A stretch of DNA of 64,000 bases from Fimbriiglobus sp. (lineage in GTDB: Bacteria; Planctomycetota; Planctomycetia; Gemmatales; Gemmataceae): positions 97,994 through 161,993 of the forward strand of contig JBOFPH010000075.1 of NCBI GenBank assembly GCA_051659845.1, given 5' to 3'. Positions 34,415-42,564 of this stretch are shown here, piece after piece. How positions within the stretch are numbered: position 1 is the first letter of the stretch; every line of letters starts with the position of its first letter. The position numbers were made by a program, and so were the translations under genes. Under the pieces are notes generated by a model. That model was given only the letters and a program-made list of their open reading frames with translations, did not search any database and was not told where the DNA came from.

Positions 34415-36973
34415 TCAATCCGCAGAGTCAAACAGGTTCGGTCGAGCAGGAATTGGCTTACGTGGTTTCTCCGGTGGAGCCACCACGATCGGATCTGGAA
34501 CGGGTTTTACAACCTTTTTTGGCTTCGGAGTGGGCGGTGGTTCGGGCAACGGAGCAGTCTCAGGTGTGCGGGCCACGTAGGGTGTTGGCTGTTCGAGATG
34601 ACTCAAGACTTCCTTGGCTCGGTTCAAGATCGACCCTGGCACTCCCGCGAGTTTGGCGACGTGAATCCCGAAGCTCTTCTGCGCGTTCCCCGGCGAGATG
34701 CGGTGCAAGAAGATGACATCATCAGCCAGTTCCTCAACCTGAACCGTGTAGTTTCGCAGCCGGGGTAATGTCTGGTCGAGTCGGGCGAGTTCGTGGTAGT
34801 GCGTGGCAAAGAGCGTGCGGCAGCCGATGGCATCGTGGAGATGTTCGGTCATCGCCCAGGCCAGGGAGACGCCGTCGTAGGTACTCGTGCCACGGCCAAT
34901 CTCATCCAGGATGACGAGACTTCGACTCGTGGCGTTGTTCAAGATGTTCGCAGCCTCGGTCATCTCCACCATGAAGGTGCTCTGCCCGCGGCTCAGTTCG
35001 TCGCTGGCGCCGACGCGGGTGAAGATGCGATCGGTCAGTCCGACCGTGGCTTTCTTCGCGGGGACGAAGCTACCCAGATGAGCGAGTAATGTGAGTAGCG
35101 CGACCTGGCGGATGAACGTGCTCTTGCCGCTCATGTTCGGCCCGGTGATGAGCCAAAAGACACCCTCGGCCGGGTGGAATCGCACATCATTGGGCACGAA
35201 TGTCCCTGCCGCGAGGGACTGATCCAGCACGGGGTGACGGCCCTCGGAGACGAGCAGAATCGGCTCGGCGACCATCTGCGGGCGAACGTAGTTCCGGCTC
35301 GCGGCCAAGTCCGCTAACCCCGCGAGGAAATCGACCTGAGCCAGGGCATCAGCTGTTTGCAGGAGCTTCATCGTCTGGGCCGCGACTTGGTCCCGCAGTT
35401 GCAAGAACAGCTCGAACTCCAGAGCTTGCGAACGCTCCTGGGCCGTGACGACTTTCTCCTCGTATTCCTTCAGCTTCGGTGTTGAGTATCGCTTCGCATT
35501 CTTCAGCGTCCGCTCGTGGATGTAATCCGTGGGCACGCGGGTTTCGTTGGCGTTCGTGATCTCGATGTAGTAGCCCATGACGTCCGTGAACCCGACCTTC
35601 AGGCTCGCGATCCCGGATCGTGTCACTTCCTCGGCTTGGTAACGAGCGATCCAGTCTTTGCCCTCCCGAGCGAGGTTGCGAAGTTCGTCCAACTCGGCAT
35701 GGTAGCCTTCGCGCAGGATGCCGCCATCTTTGGGGTTGAACGGTGGCTCCTCGACGAGAGCTTGATCCAGAAGACCCCGTAATTCGGGGCAAGGCTGAAT
35801 CCCATCTTGCAGTTCCCGCAGTAACTTCGATTTCGTGAGGTCCAGTTTGGATTGCACGCCAGGGAGCAGTTTCAGCGTTCGAGTGATTGCGGAGAGATCT
35901 TTTGGGTTGGCCCGTGCCGTGGAGACACGTGTCGTCAGCCGTTGTAAGTCCGAAGCACCTTCCAAAAGCGCTCGCAATTGTCCCCGCAGCGCGTGAGAGT
36001 CCAACAACTCCCCCACAGCGTCGTGCCGGGCTTCGATGCTGGGCAAATCGTTGAGCGGCGAGAGGAGTGCATCAAAGAGGAAGCGTGCCCCCATCGGCGT
36101 CACAGTGCGATCGAGGACCGAGATCAGAGAGCCTTCGCGTTGATTGTCGCGGAGAGTCCGAGTCATTTCGAGGCTTCGCCGGGTGACTTCGTCAAGGATC
36201 AGGGTCCGTTCCGGGCGATAGGGTTGCAAGCGGCGGATATGGCCGAGGCTCGCCTTCAAGGTCTCTTGCAGATAGATGATCAACCCGCCAGCAGCCAGCA
36301 GACAGGGTTGACCATCATCAAAGCCGAAACCCGACATCGTCGAGACGGCGAAGTGTTTGTGTAAAGCATCAAGAGCCGCCGATGGCTCGAACTGCCAGCC
36401 GGGACGGGTGACCAGAGACCGCGGGGCTTGGTTGCCAAACGCTGGGGCTAGGAGTGCGACTGCATTCTCGGGTTGCAGGCATTCGACGATCCCGAGCCGG
36501 GCGCATTCATCGGGGAGGTTCGCGGTCTTGACATCAAGGCAGGAGAAAGACCCTGTCGGTAGATCGATCCAGGCCAAACCAAACGATCCCGATTTCCCTG
36601 GCACGATGGCGGCGAGATGGTTCGGCTTGCGGGGGTCGAGAAGCTCTTCTTCGGTGACCGTGCCCGGTGTGACGACGCGGTTCACCTCACGGTGAATGAG
36701 CTTCTTCTTGCCATCCGAGACTTCCATCTGCTCGCACACGGCGACGCGATGGCCTGCTTTCAACAGGATGTTGAGGTAGTATTCGAGCTTGTGGTAAGGG
36801 AAGCCCGCCATCGGGATTTCTTTGTCCCGCTTCGTCAGGGTGATCCCCAGGATACGATGACCCAGTTCAGCGTCGTCCTCGAAGAGTTCGTAGAAGTCTC
36901 CGTTGCGGAAGAAGATCATCATCCCCGGATGCTGGGCTTTGGCATCGTGGAACTGTTGCATCATCGGGGTCAT
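34415..36973 (-). CDS. mutS: DNA mismatch repair protein MutS
   Basis: N-terminal mismatch-binding region (TPMMQQFHDAKAQHPGMMIFFRNGDFYELFEDDA…), Walker A GPNMSGKSTFIRQ, and STFMVEMTE. Confidence 0.95.
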   Translation of the reverse strand: MTPMMQQFHDAKAQHPGMMIFFRNGDFYELFEDDAELGHRILGITLTKRDKEIPMAGFPYHKLEYYLNILLKAGHRVAVCEQMEVSDGKKKLIHREVNRVVTPGTVTEEELLDPRKPNHLAAIVPGKSGSFGLAWIDLPTGSFSCLDVKTANLPDECARLGIVECLQPENAVALLAPAFGNQAPRSLVTRPGWQFEPSAALDALHKHFAVSTMSGFGFDDGQPCLLAAGGLIIYLQETLKASLGHIRRLQPYRPERTLILDEVTRRSLEMTRTLRDNQREGSLISVLDRTVTPMGARFLFDALLSPLNDLPSIEARHDAVGELLDSHALRGQLRALLEGASDLQRLTTRVSTARANPKDLSAITRTLKLLPGVQSKLDLTKSKLLRELQDGIQPCPELRGLLDQALVEEPPFNPKDGGILREGYHAELDELRNLAREGKDWIARYQAEEVTRSGIASLKVGFTDVMGYYIEITNANETRVPTDYIHERTLKNAKRYSTPKLKEYEEKVVTAQERSQALEFELFLQLRDQVAAQTMKLLQTADALAQVDFLAGLADLAASRNYVRPQMVAEPILLVSEGRHPVLDQSLAAGTFVPNDVRFHPAEGVFWLITGPNMSGKSTFIRQVALLTLLAHLGSFVPAKKATVGLTDRIFTRVGASDELSRGQSTFMVEMTEAANILNNATSRSLVILDEIGRGTSTYDGVSLAWAMTEHLHDAIGCRTLFATHYHELARLDQTLPRLRNYTVQVEELADDVIFLHRISPGNAQKSFGIHVAKLAGVPGSILNRAKEVLSHLEQPTPYVARTPETAPLPEPPPTPKPKKVVKPVPDPIVVAPPEKPRKPIPARPNLFDSAD

Positions 36974-37019
36974 GCGACCGACCTGTGGCTGAAGGAGTTT
37001 TGCGAAGCAGGATCGGGAA

Positions 37020-37451
37020 TCACCCGGAGATGGTGCGGACCTTGGACATGGTCATGCAGTTGCCGTTGCCGAGGTATTCCATGGACGTCATGAAGTTACG
37101 AATCAAAAGCAGTCCGCGGCCACAGGGGCGTTCCAGGTTTTCGGGTGCGGTCGGATCGGGAACATCTTGTGGGTTGAAGCCTGGACCTTCATCCCGAATC
37201 TGGATGTCGAAGCGTTCTGGAGTGATGGTGTAAGCGACAAAGACGCGCTTCTCAGGATCCATCTGGTTGCCATGCTTCACAGCATTCACCAGAGCCTCTT
37301 CGAGCGCCAGCTTGATGCAGAAAACATCGCGGTCACAGTAGTGGCCCGCATGAAGGGCTTCTTCGATCTCGTCTTGGATTTTGCGTGCCAGGGTGAGGTC
37401 ACTCGGGATCGAGTGGTGGACGAGCGGAGGAGTTGTGCGAACGTCAGTCAT
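37020..37451 (-). CDS. Anti-sigma regulatory factor (RsbW/SpoIIAB-like GHKL Ser kinase)
   Basis: HATPase_c-like motifs: …LALEEALVNAVKHGN…, …IRDEGPGFNP…, …CGRGLLLIRNFM…. Size ~144 aa. Lies 65 nt downstream of a STAS gene. Confidence 0.75.
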   Translation of the reverse strand: MTDVRTTPPLVHHSIPSDLTLARKIQDEIEEALHAGHYCDRDVFCIKLALEEALVNAVKHGNQMDPEKRVFVAYTITPERFDIQIRDEGPGFNPQDVPDPTAPENLERPCGRGLLLIRNFMTSMEYLGNGNCMTMSKVRTISG

Positions 37452-37515
37452 GGCCAGGATACCGCAATTCACCAAAAACTGCGGGCTGCTCGAAAGCAGC
37501 CCGGAATGCCAAGGA

Positions 37516-37905
37516 TCAGAAAGAGTTTAGGCCGGTTTGCTCGTCCTTGACGATCTTCAACATCTTGTCGAGTTTCGTGAGCGTGAAGATTTCCATGATG
37601 GTGGTCGAGATGCCACAGAGAATCAGCTTCCCTTTCACAGCGACGAGCCGCTGATGCAGGCGGATCAATTTGCCGAGAGCAGCGGAAGAGAGAAACTCGA
37701 CGGTGCTGAAGTCGAGGAGCAATTTCTTGCGGCTCAGCTCATCCACGAGCTTGAACAGGTCGTCGCCGATCATCTGGATGTTTTGTTCGTCCAGAATTTT
37801 CTTGTCAATGAAGCGGACGACGGTGACATCGCCGATGTCGTCAAACGTGATGCGTGATTTGCGCGGTTGGGACATTGGCGTCACCCTCGGGAAAGCGATG
37901 ATCAT
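37516..37905 (-). CDS. STAS-domain anti-sigma-factor antagonist (RsbV/SpoIIAA-like)
   Basis: STAS pattern …VTVVRFIDKKILDEQNIQMIGDDLFKLVDELSRKKLLLDFSTVEFLSSAALGKLIRLHQRL…, with a conserved Ser in EFLSSAALG. May start at internal Met (MSQPRKS, 37875). Confidence 0.75.
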   Translation of the reverse strand: MIIAFPRVTPMSQPRKSRITFDDIGDVTVVRFIDKKILDEQNIQMIGDDLFKLVDELSRKKLLLDFSTVEFLSSAALGKLIRLHQRLVAVKGKLILCGISTTIMEIFTLTKLDKMLKIVKDEQTGLNSF

Positions 37906-37994
37906 TCATCGGATACAAACGATTGACTTCCAGCTAATTTTCGGAGTGTCCAGCATCAGTGTCAAGCGGGACAACTCGCTTTCGTGCCGAAAAC

Positions 37995-38684
37995 TCAACC
38001 GTTCTGAGACACAACCGGCAGCGAAAGGCTCGGGTGCGGCTTCTTTTCGATCCGAGGATACTCGGGAGCCATCGCATCGAGCTCTGCCACCAGTTCCGGG
38101 CCGAAGTACCAGAGGATATCCGGCCGAGCCATCTCGTAGATCGTTGGACCAGGGCCTTCGCAGATGAGTTCATCTTCGATGTCGAACTCGTAAGCTGGCG
38201 TCAGCACTCCCTGGCTGAAGGACGCTGGGAACAGCAAGCAGACCATCGGTTTGATGGTGTGGACGTCAATCCCGCGTTCGAGCGCGAAGCGGTGAATCCG
38301 GCAACCACGGCCATCTTGGTCGAGGAAAACGCAACCCCACTCGTTGTGTTGCGAACGCCCGGCCTTCATCTCCATGACCTGAGTGCGGGTGTAAAGACCT
38401 CCCGGATACTCTGGCTCTTCGAGAATGCCGAAGTCCTCGGGGTCTTCCCGAAACCACTCAGAACGAGGCATGTTTAAGTACGCTTCGAGTTCGGCCTGGT
38501 ATTTTTCCAGTGCTGCGACACGAGGCATTTCGGTGTCCGCACCGTACTGGCAGCAGGCATCGTGGCAGAAAGTGCAGTCCATGCAGTGGCCAAAGTAGGT
38601 CAACTGAAACAGACGCGGATCGACCTGCGAGAGCACCGGTGCCCCGAAAACACACGGGTATTCCCGCGATAAAGGACGGACCAT
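37995..38684 (-). CDS. YkgJ/UPF0153-family putative Zn/Fe-chelating protein (CxxCxxCC)
   Basis: …FGHCMDCTFCHDACCQYGADTE… contains the CxxCxxCC motif plus additional Cys. Start placed at internal Met (MVRPLSREYP…); the upstream 85 aa of the ORF look like low-complexity GC shadow. Confidence 0.55.
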   Translation of the reverse strand: MVRPLSREYPCVFGAPVLSQVDPRLFQLTYFGHCMDCTFCHDACCQYGADTEMPRVAALEKYQAELEAYLNMPRSEWFREDPEDFGILEEPEYPGGLYTRTQVMEMKAGRSQHNEWGCVFLDQDGRGCRIHRFALERGIDVHTIKPMVCLLFPASFSQGVLTPAYEFDIEDELICEGPGPTIYEMARPDILWYFGPELVAELDAMAPEYPRIEKKPHPSLSLPVVSQNG

Positions 38685-38956
38685 TCCTGGCCTTTCACAC
38701 CGAGGAGACGATAGCCAAAGACTGCTTCGGAGAGAAACCGACCACAGCCTAGCGCTTCTTATAGCAGCGACCCGATCTGGGCAACTCCGAAGCTGCTGAT
38801 TCCCAGAATGGTCGTCCGGAAGCAAGGCCAACGGCCTCGAAGAATTGAGATGCACCCCGTTCATCCCATTCAACATTTCGGTCTTGTGGGGGTGGGGTAA
38901 CTTGGGTATGCGGGTTCGTATTGACGTCCGTTTCCTCACGTTTCGGCAGGGAAGCC

Positions 38957-39775
38957 ATGAAGCGATTTTTGACTGTAGCGATGTTGGTTTCGTGTCTCAG
39001 TTCCACCTGGGCTGTGGATCCTGTCGTCCCCGCGGCATACACGCCGAAACCCACGGAAACCAAATCTGCAAGTGTTTCCAAGGTGGAATTCACGACGACG
39101 AAGCTCTCTGACGGCACTGAAATCTTGCCGAAAATGCTTGCCGATTCGAAAGCAGTGCTCGCCAAGACCCGCGATTACACGGGCCACATCGTCCGCCAGG
39201 AAGTGGTCAACGGCAAACTGACTCCTGAGTCGATCGCCGAGTTGCGTGTCCGCATGGAGCCACTTTGCGTCAACATCAAAACCGTTCGACCACAGAACTT
39301 GATGGGGGAAGAGACCAGCTACTTGGCTGCGAAAAATCGCCTGCAAGTCCGGTTCAAACCTGCCGGCATCGAAGGTGTCCGCGGTTTCCAGACTCTGGAA
39401 GCAACGAGCGACAAAGTTCTCGCCAACACCCGCCACCCTGCGAATGAGGTGGGTTTGAGTGCGATGATTGAGCGGATTGAGAAAATCCTCTCGACTGAAA
39501 AAGCGCTCAAGAACCCGGTGCAAGTCTTCGCCAGCGACTACATGATCGGCGACAAGACCGTAACTCGCTTCGAAATCATCACCGAGCGTGCTCACCCTGC
39601 TCGCTACGCCGCCAAGTGCGTGGTGTACATCGAGAAAGAATCCAAGCTCCCTGTGCGTTTTGAAGCTTATGCGACCACGAAGCCCACCCCAGCCGAAGGC
39701 GAACTTCTGGAAGTTCAACAGTACATCGGCGTGAAGCGAAACACCGGCCTCGGTGACCGCGACTTCGAACGATAA
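38957..39775 (+). CDS. Secreted hypothetical protein (DUF1571-like?)
   Basis: Signal peptide MKRFLTVAMLVSCLSSTWA after a GGCAGGGAAG RBS. No catalytic motif. The family assignment is a guess. Confidence 0.5.
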   Translation: MKRFLTVAMLVSCLSSTWAVDPVVPAAYTPKPTETKSASVSKVEFTTTKLSDGTEILPKMLADSKAVLAKTRDYTGHIVRQEVVNGKLTPESIAELRVRMEPLCVNIKTVRPQNLMGEETSYLAAKNRLQVRFKPAGIEGVRGFQTLEATSDKVLANTRHPANEVGLSAMIERIEKILSTEKALKNPVQVFASDYMIGDKTVTRFEIITERAHPARYAAKCVVYIEKESKLPVRFEAYATTKPTPAEGELLEVQQYIGVKRNTGLGDRDFER

Positions 39776-39995
39776 TGAAGAATGGGAATGCTGTCCTGAT
39801 CAGGGCGGACGTGAAAAGCCTGGTGAGTGCCAGGCTTTTTTCGTCTTCCAGATTATCCGTTTTGGTTTTGAAGGCCGTCAAACGCAGAACGACCCGTTCG
39901 CAGGAAGTCCTTTCCGGCGTTCGAGTCGTTCCGTGTGTCGTGGTGAAGTAGGGGTTCTTCACCACGACCCGCGCGAGTCCGTATCGGGGGAACGG

Positions 39996-40571
39996 TTACT
40001 CTTCGCGTTTGGCTTCAGCCATGTTGCGGATGTTGGCGGCGAGCATCGCGGTATCGAAGGGCTTCTTGAAGATGTCGTTGAAACCTTGCTCTTTGAGCTT
40101 TTCTGGCTCCGCTTCGTCTTCCCCAGCGAGACCGACAATCAACGTGGCCGTGTAGGCATCGTTCTTGCGAAGGTTCGCGGTGATCTGTACCGACTCATAG
40201 CGGCCCAGGCCGAGGTCGATGACGATGGTGTCGGGGTGGAAGCTCTGAGCGAGTGTGCCAGCTTCGAAGCCGCTATTGGCGATTTCGAATTTGAAGTCGT
40301 CGTTCTCAGGGAGGAGTTCACGCAACCGGTCGTTGAAGAGTTTTTCGGTGCCGATGAGAAGGATCTTGTGCCATTCTTCTTCTTCGAGTTCGCCAAGAGG
40401 CATTCCATGCTCTTTGAGGAACTTGATGAGTTGCTCACGGGGGATACGGCGGTCTTGTGACCCCGGAATCCGATAACCCTTGAGGCGACCCGAATCGAAC
40501 CATTTCGAAACGGTTCGCGGGGCGACTTTGCAAATCTTAGCGACTTGACCTGTCGTGAAAACCTTTTTCAT
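39996..40571 (-). CDS. Excisionase/MerR-type HTH fused N-terminal to an atypical receiver-like domain
   Basis: HTH: MKKVFTTGQVAKICKVAPRTVSKWFDSGRLKGYRIPGSQDRRIPREQLIKFL. The receiver-like fold has the putative phospho-Asp in IVIDLGLG and the K in FKKPFD, but lacks the N-terminal DD acidic pair (KILLIGTEK). The longer Arg-rich upstream ORF was rejected. Confidence 0.6.
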   Translation of the reverse strand: MKKVFTTGQVAKICKVAPRTVSKWFDSGRLKGYRIPGSQDRRIPREQLIKFLKEHGMPLGELEEEEWHKILLIGTEKLFNDRLRELLPENDDFKFEIANSGFEAGTLAQSFHPDTIVIDLGLGRYESVQITANLRKNDAYTATLIVGLAGEDEAEPEKLKEQGFNDIFKKPFDTAMLAANIRNMAEAKREE

Positions 40572-41269
40572 CGGGGGGATCTCCAGTACGAACTCGCTCG
40601 CCCCGGCTTCGGCGGCGCCTGGCAAAACCGGGCGCAGTCTAGCTGGCTGGGCGTCAGCAACGAACGCTCGCAATCGTTCATGCCATCGGCCGCGGTGTCG
40701 GCGGGGGCCGCACTTGCCGGGGGGTTGGGGGGTTCGGCGGAGACGAGCGGGCAAAAACCCGCGAACAAGGAGGGGCCTGAGCAGCCCGTCCTTGAGCTTG
40801 CGTAGCTTACGTCTCCGACACAATCTTCATCGACTAGATCAACCCCGCAATTTGAATCGAATTCACAATCTGGGGGAATCAAGTCACTTGGATCGTATCA
40901 GAAGCCTCGGCTCATCTCCGCCACGGGGGCCGACCATCGGCGTACCCGTGATATTTGCGAATTCCACGTCTTTCATCGCCACCCTGATTATCCCATCTCC
41001 ACCATTAACCGTGCATGAAGTGATCTTTCGCAGAACCCGCCATTCCGAACAGTCCGTCTAGGTAATCTGTTACGCCTAACCCTACCGGAAGACATCTCAA
41101 CCGATGGGGTAAGTTTGATGGATTGTACCAGGGTGCAGAATGGCCCCGCCACAATTTCCCACGATCACATCGTATTTTCGCGCAAGTCTCCTGTCATAAT
41201 CGTGAACGCGAACCCGACGGTTTCGCCAACAGTTCTCGGTCACTCCGACCTCGCCCTTTGAGGAACTCC

Positions 41270-42436
41270 ATGATTTCTCGCTGCCCCACCGGCTTGGCCG
41301 GTCTCTTCGTGCTGTTACAGTGCCTGAACTCCTCTCCTCGCTCTCAAGCGAAGGATGATGTCATCGAGTGGCGAGGAGATTACGATGCGGCTCGTCGGGA
41401 TGCCCACAAGCTCAACCAGCCATTAGTCTTGGTGATCGGTACAGACGAGTGCATTTTCTGCCGCAAACAAGACGCGTCCACCTTCCGAGACCCCGCTTTG
41501 ATTGCCTTGCTCAACAAACAAGCCGTCACCGTGAAGGTGAACGGGAACAAAGAGCCTGGATTCGTCCAGTCTCTGAAGATTCAGATCTATCCCACGACGA
41601 TCATCGCAAGCCCGGATGGCAAGATCGTCTCCTTCTTGCAGGGTTACATCACCTCCGATCAACTCAAAGACCATGTGCGTAACGCGATCAGCGAACTCGT
41701 GACAACGCCTGATTGGGCCACACGGGACTTCGCCGATGGCGAGAAAGCCCTGAAACTCGGGGATGCCCCACGCGCGCTCGCATTGTGGAAAACGATTCGC
41801 AGTGGCGTTGCGGAGTCCCCAGTTCGTGGGAAAGCGGAAGCCGCGATTCAAAGTGTCGAGAAGCAGGCTAGCGATCGGTTGGCACGAGCAAGCCAACTCG
41901 AAGTTCAGCAACAACACACGGCGGCCTTCGAAGTCTACGCCGACGTCATCCGGCAATTCTCAGGCACGAAGGCCGCTTCCGAAGCGACCACCAAACTGAC
42001 AGCGTTTGCGACACGCGGTGAAGCCGTCGATCGCTTACGACTGATGGTGGCCAAAGAGTTCCTGACAGCCGCCAAAGAAGATCTTCGACGCGAACGCTTC
42101 GCGGATTGTGTCGACCGCTGCGAACAAATTCGCACGCAATTCCCTGATCTCAATGAAGCCCGTGAAGCCCTCAGCGTGAAAGAGTCCATTCATAGTGACG
42201 CAGACAAATTGCAAACATTGAGCGATCAGTTGCTGCTTCGGGCCGCTGAAGTCCAACTGAGACTTGCTGAACTCTGGCAGAAAAAAGGGGACAACGACCG
42301 GGCCTTAGCCTGCTACGAAAAAGCCCATCAGCTTGCCCCAAACACCCGGCTCGCAGAACTCGCTACGAGCCAGATCACGACCTTGAAACCAGGGACCGTT
42401 CCCGCAGCGACGACGAGTTTCCGAAAGAATCCTTAA
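41270..42436 (+). CDS. Secreted thioredoxin-fold protein with C-terminal TPR region
   Basis: Signal peptide MISRCPTGLAGLFVLLQCLNSSPRSQA. Trx-like fold with a C-x-x-C variant (GTDECIFCRK). TPR-like C-terminus (…LAELWQKKGDNDRALACYEKAHQLAPN…). Confidence 0.6.
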   Translation: MISRCPTGLAGLFVLLQCLNSSPRSQAKDDVIEWRGDYDAARRDAHKLNQPLVLVIGTDECIFCRKQDASTFRDPALIALLNKQAVTVKVNGNKEPGFVQSLKIQIYPTTIIASPDGKIVSFLQGYITSDQLKDHVRNAISELVTTPDWATRDFADGEKALKLGDAPRALALWKTIRSGVAESPVRGKAEAAIQSVEKQASDRLARASQLEVQQQHTAAFEVYADVIRQFSGTKAASEATTKLTAFATRGEAVDRLRLMVAKEFLTAAKEDLRRERFADCVDRCEQIRTQFPDLNEAREALSVKESIHSDADKLQTLSDQLLLRAAEVQLRLAELWQKKGDNDRALACYEKAHQLAPNTRLAELATSQITTLKPGTVPAATTSFRKNP

Positions 42437-42564
42437 CGGCAATTTCAGATCGGTGTATAATCAAACTCTGTTTTGGGGTGGGACTGGTTACCCGTGTACC
42501 GCCCCGGCCTTGCAGGCGGACGGAGCTTGTGGCTCCCTCCTGAGCAGGGCGTTTCACCAAATCC

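Noticed and set aside
39996-40823. Full-length 275-aa version of the HTH-receiver ORF (and similar long N-terminal extensions of ORFs 37995-38939, 41123-42436, 51875-52333, 53379-55400)
   Set aside because: The upstream extensions are Arg/Pro-rich low-complexity with no RBS. Internal Mets with good Shine-Dalgarno sequences and signal peptides, or the domain starts, were preferred.
40824-41269. Search for tmRNA or RNase P RNA in the long intergenic region
   Set aside because: The conserved blocks (tmRNA 5' GGGG…, 3' T-arm/CCA; RNase P GNAANNUC/ACAGNRA regions) were not found by eye. Only the generic 'possible sRNA' finding is kept.
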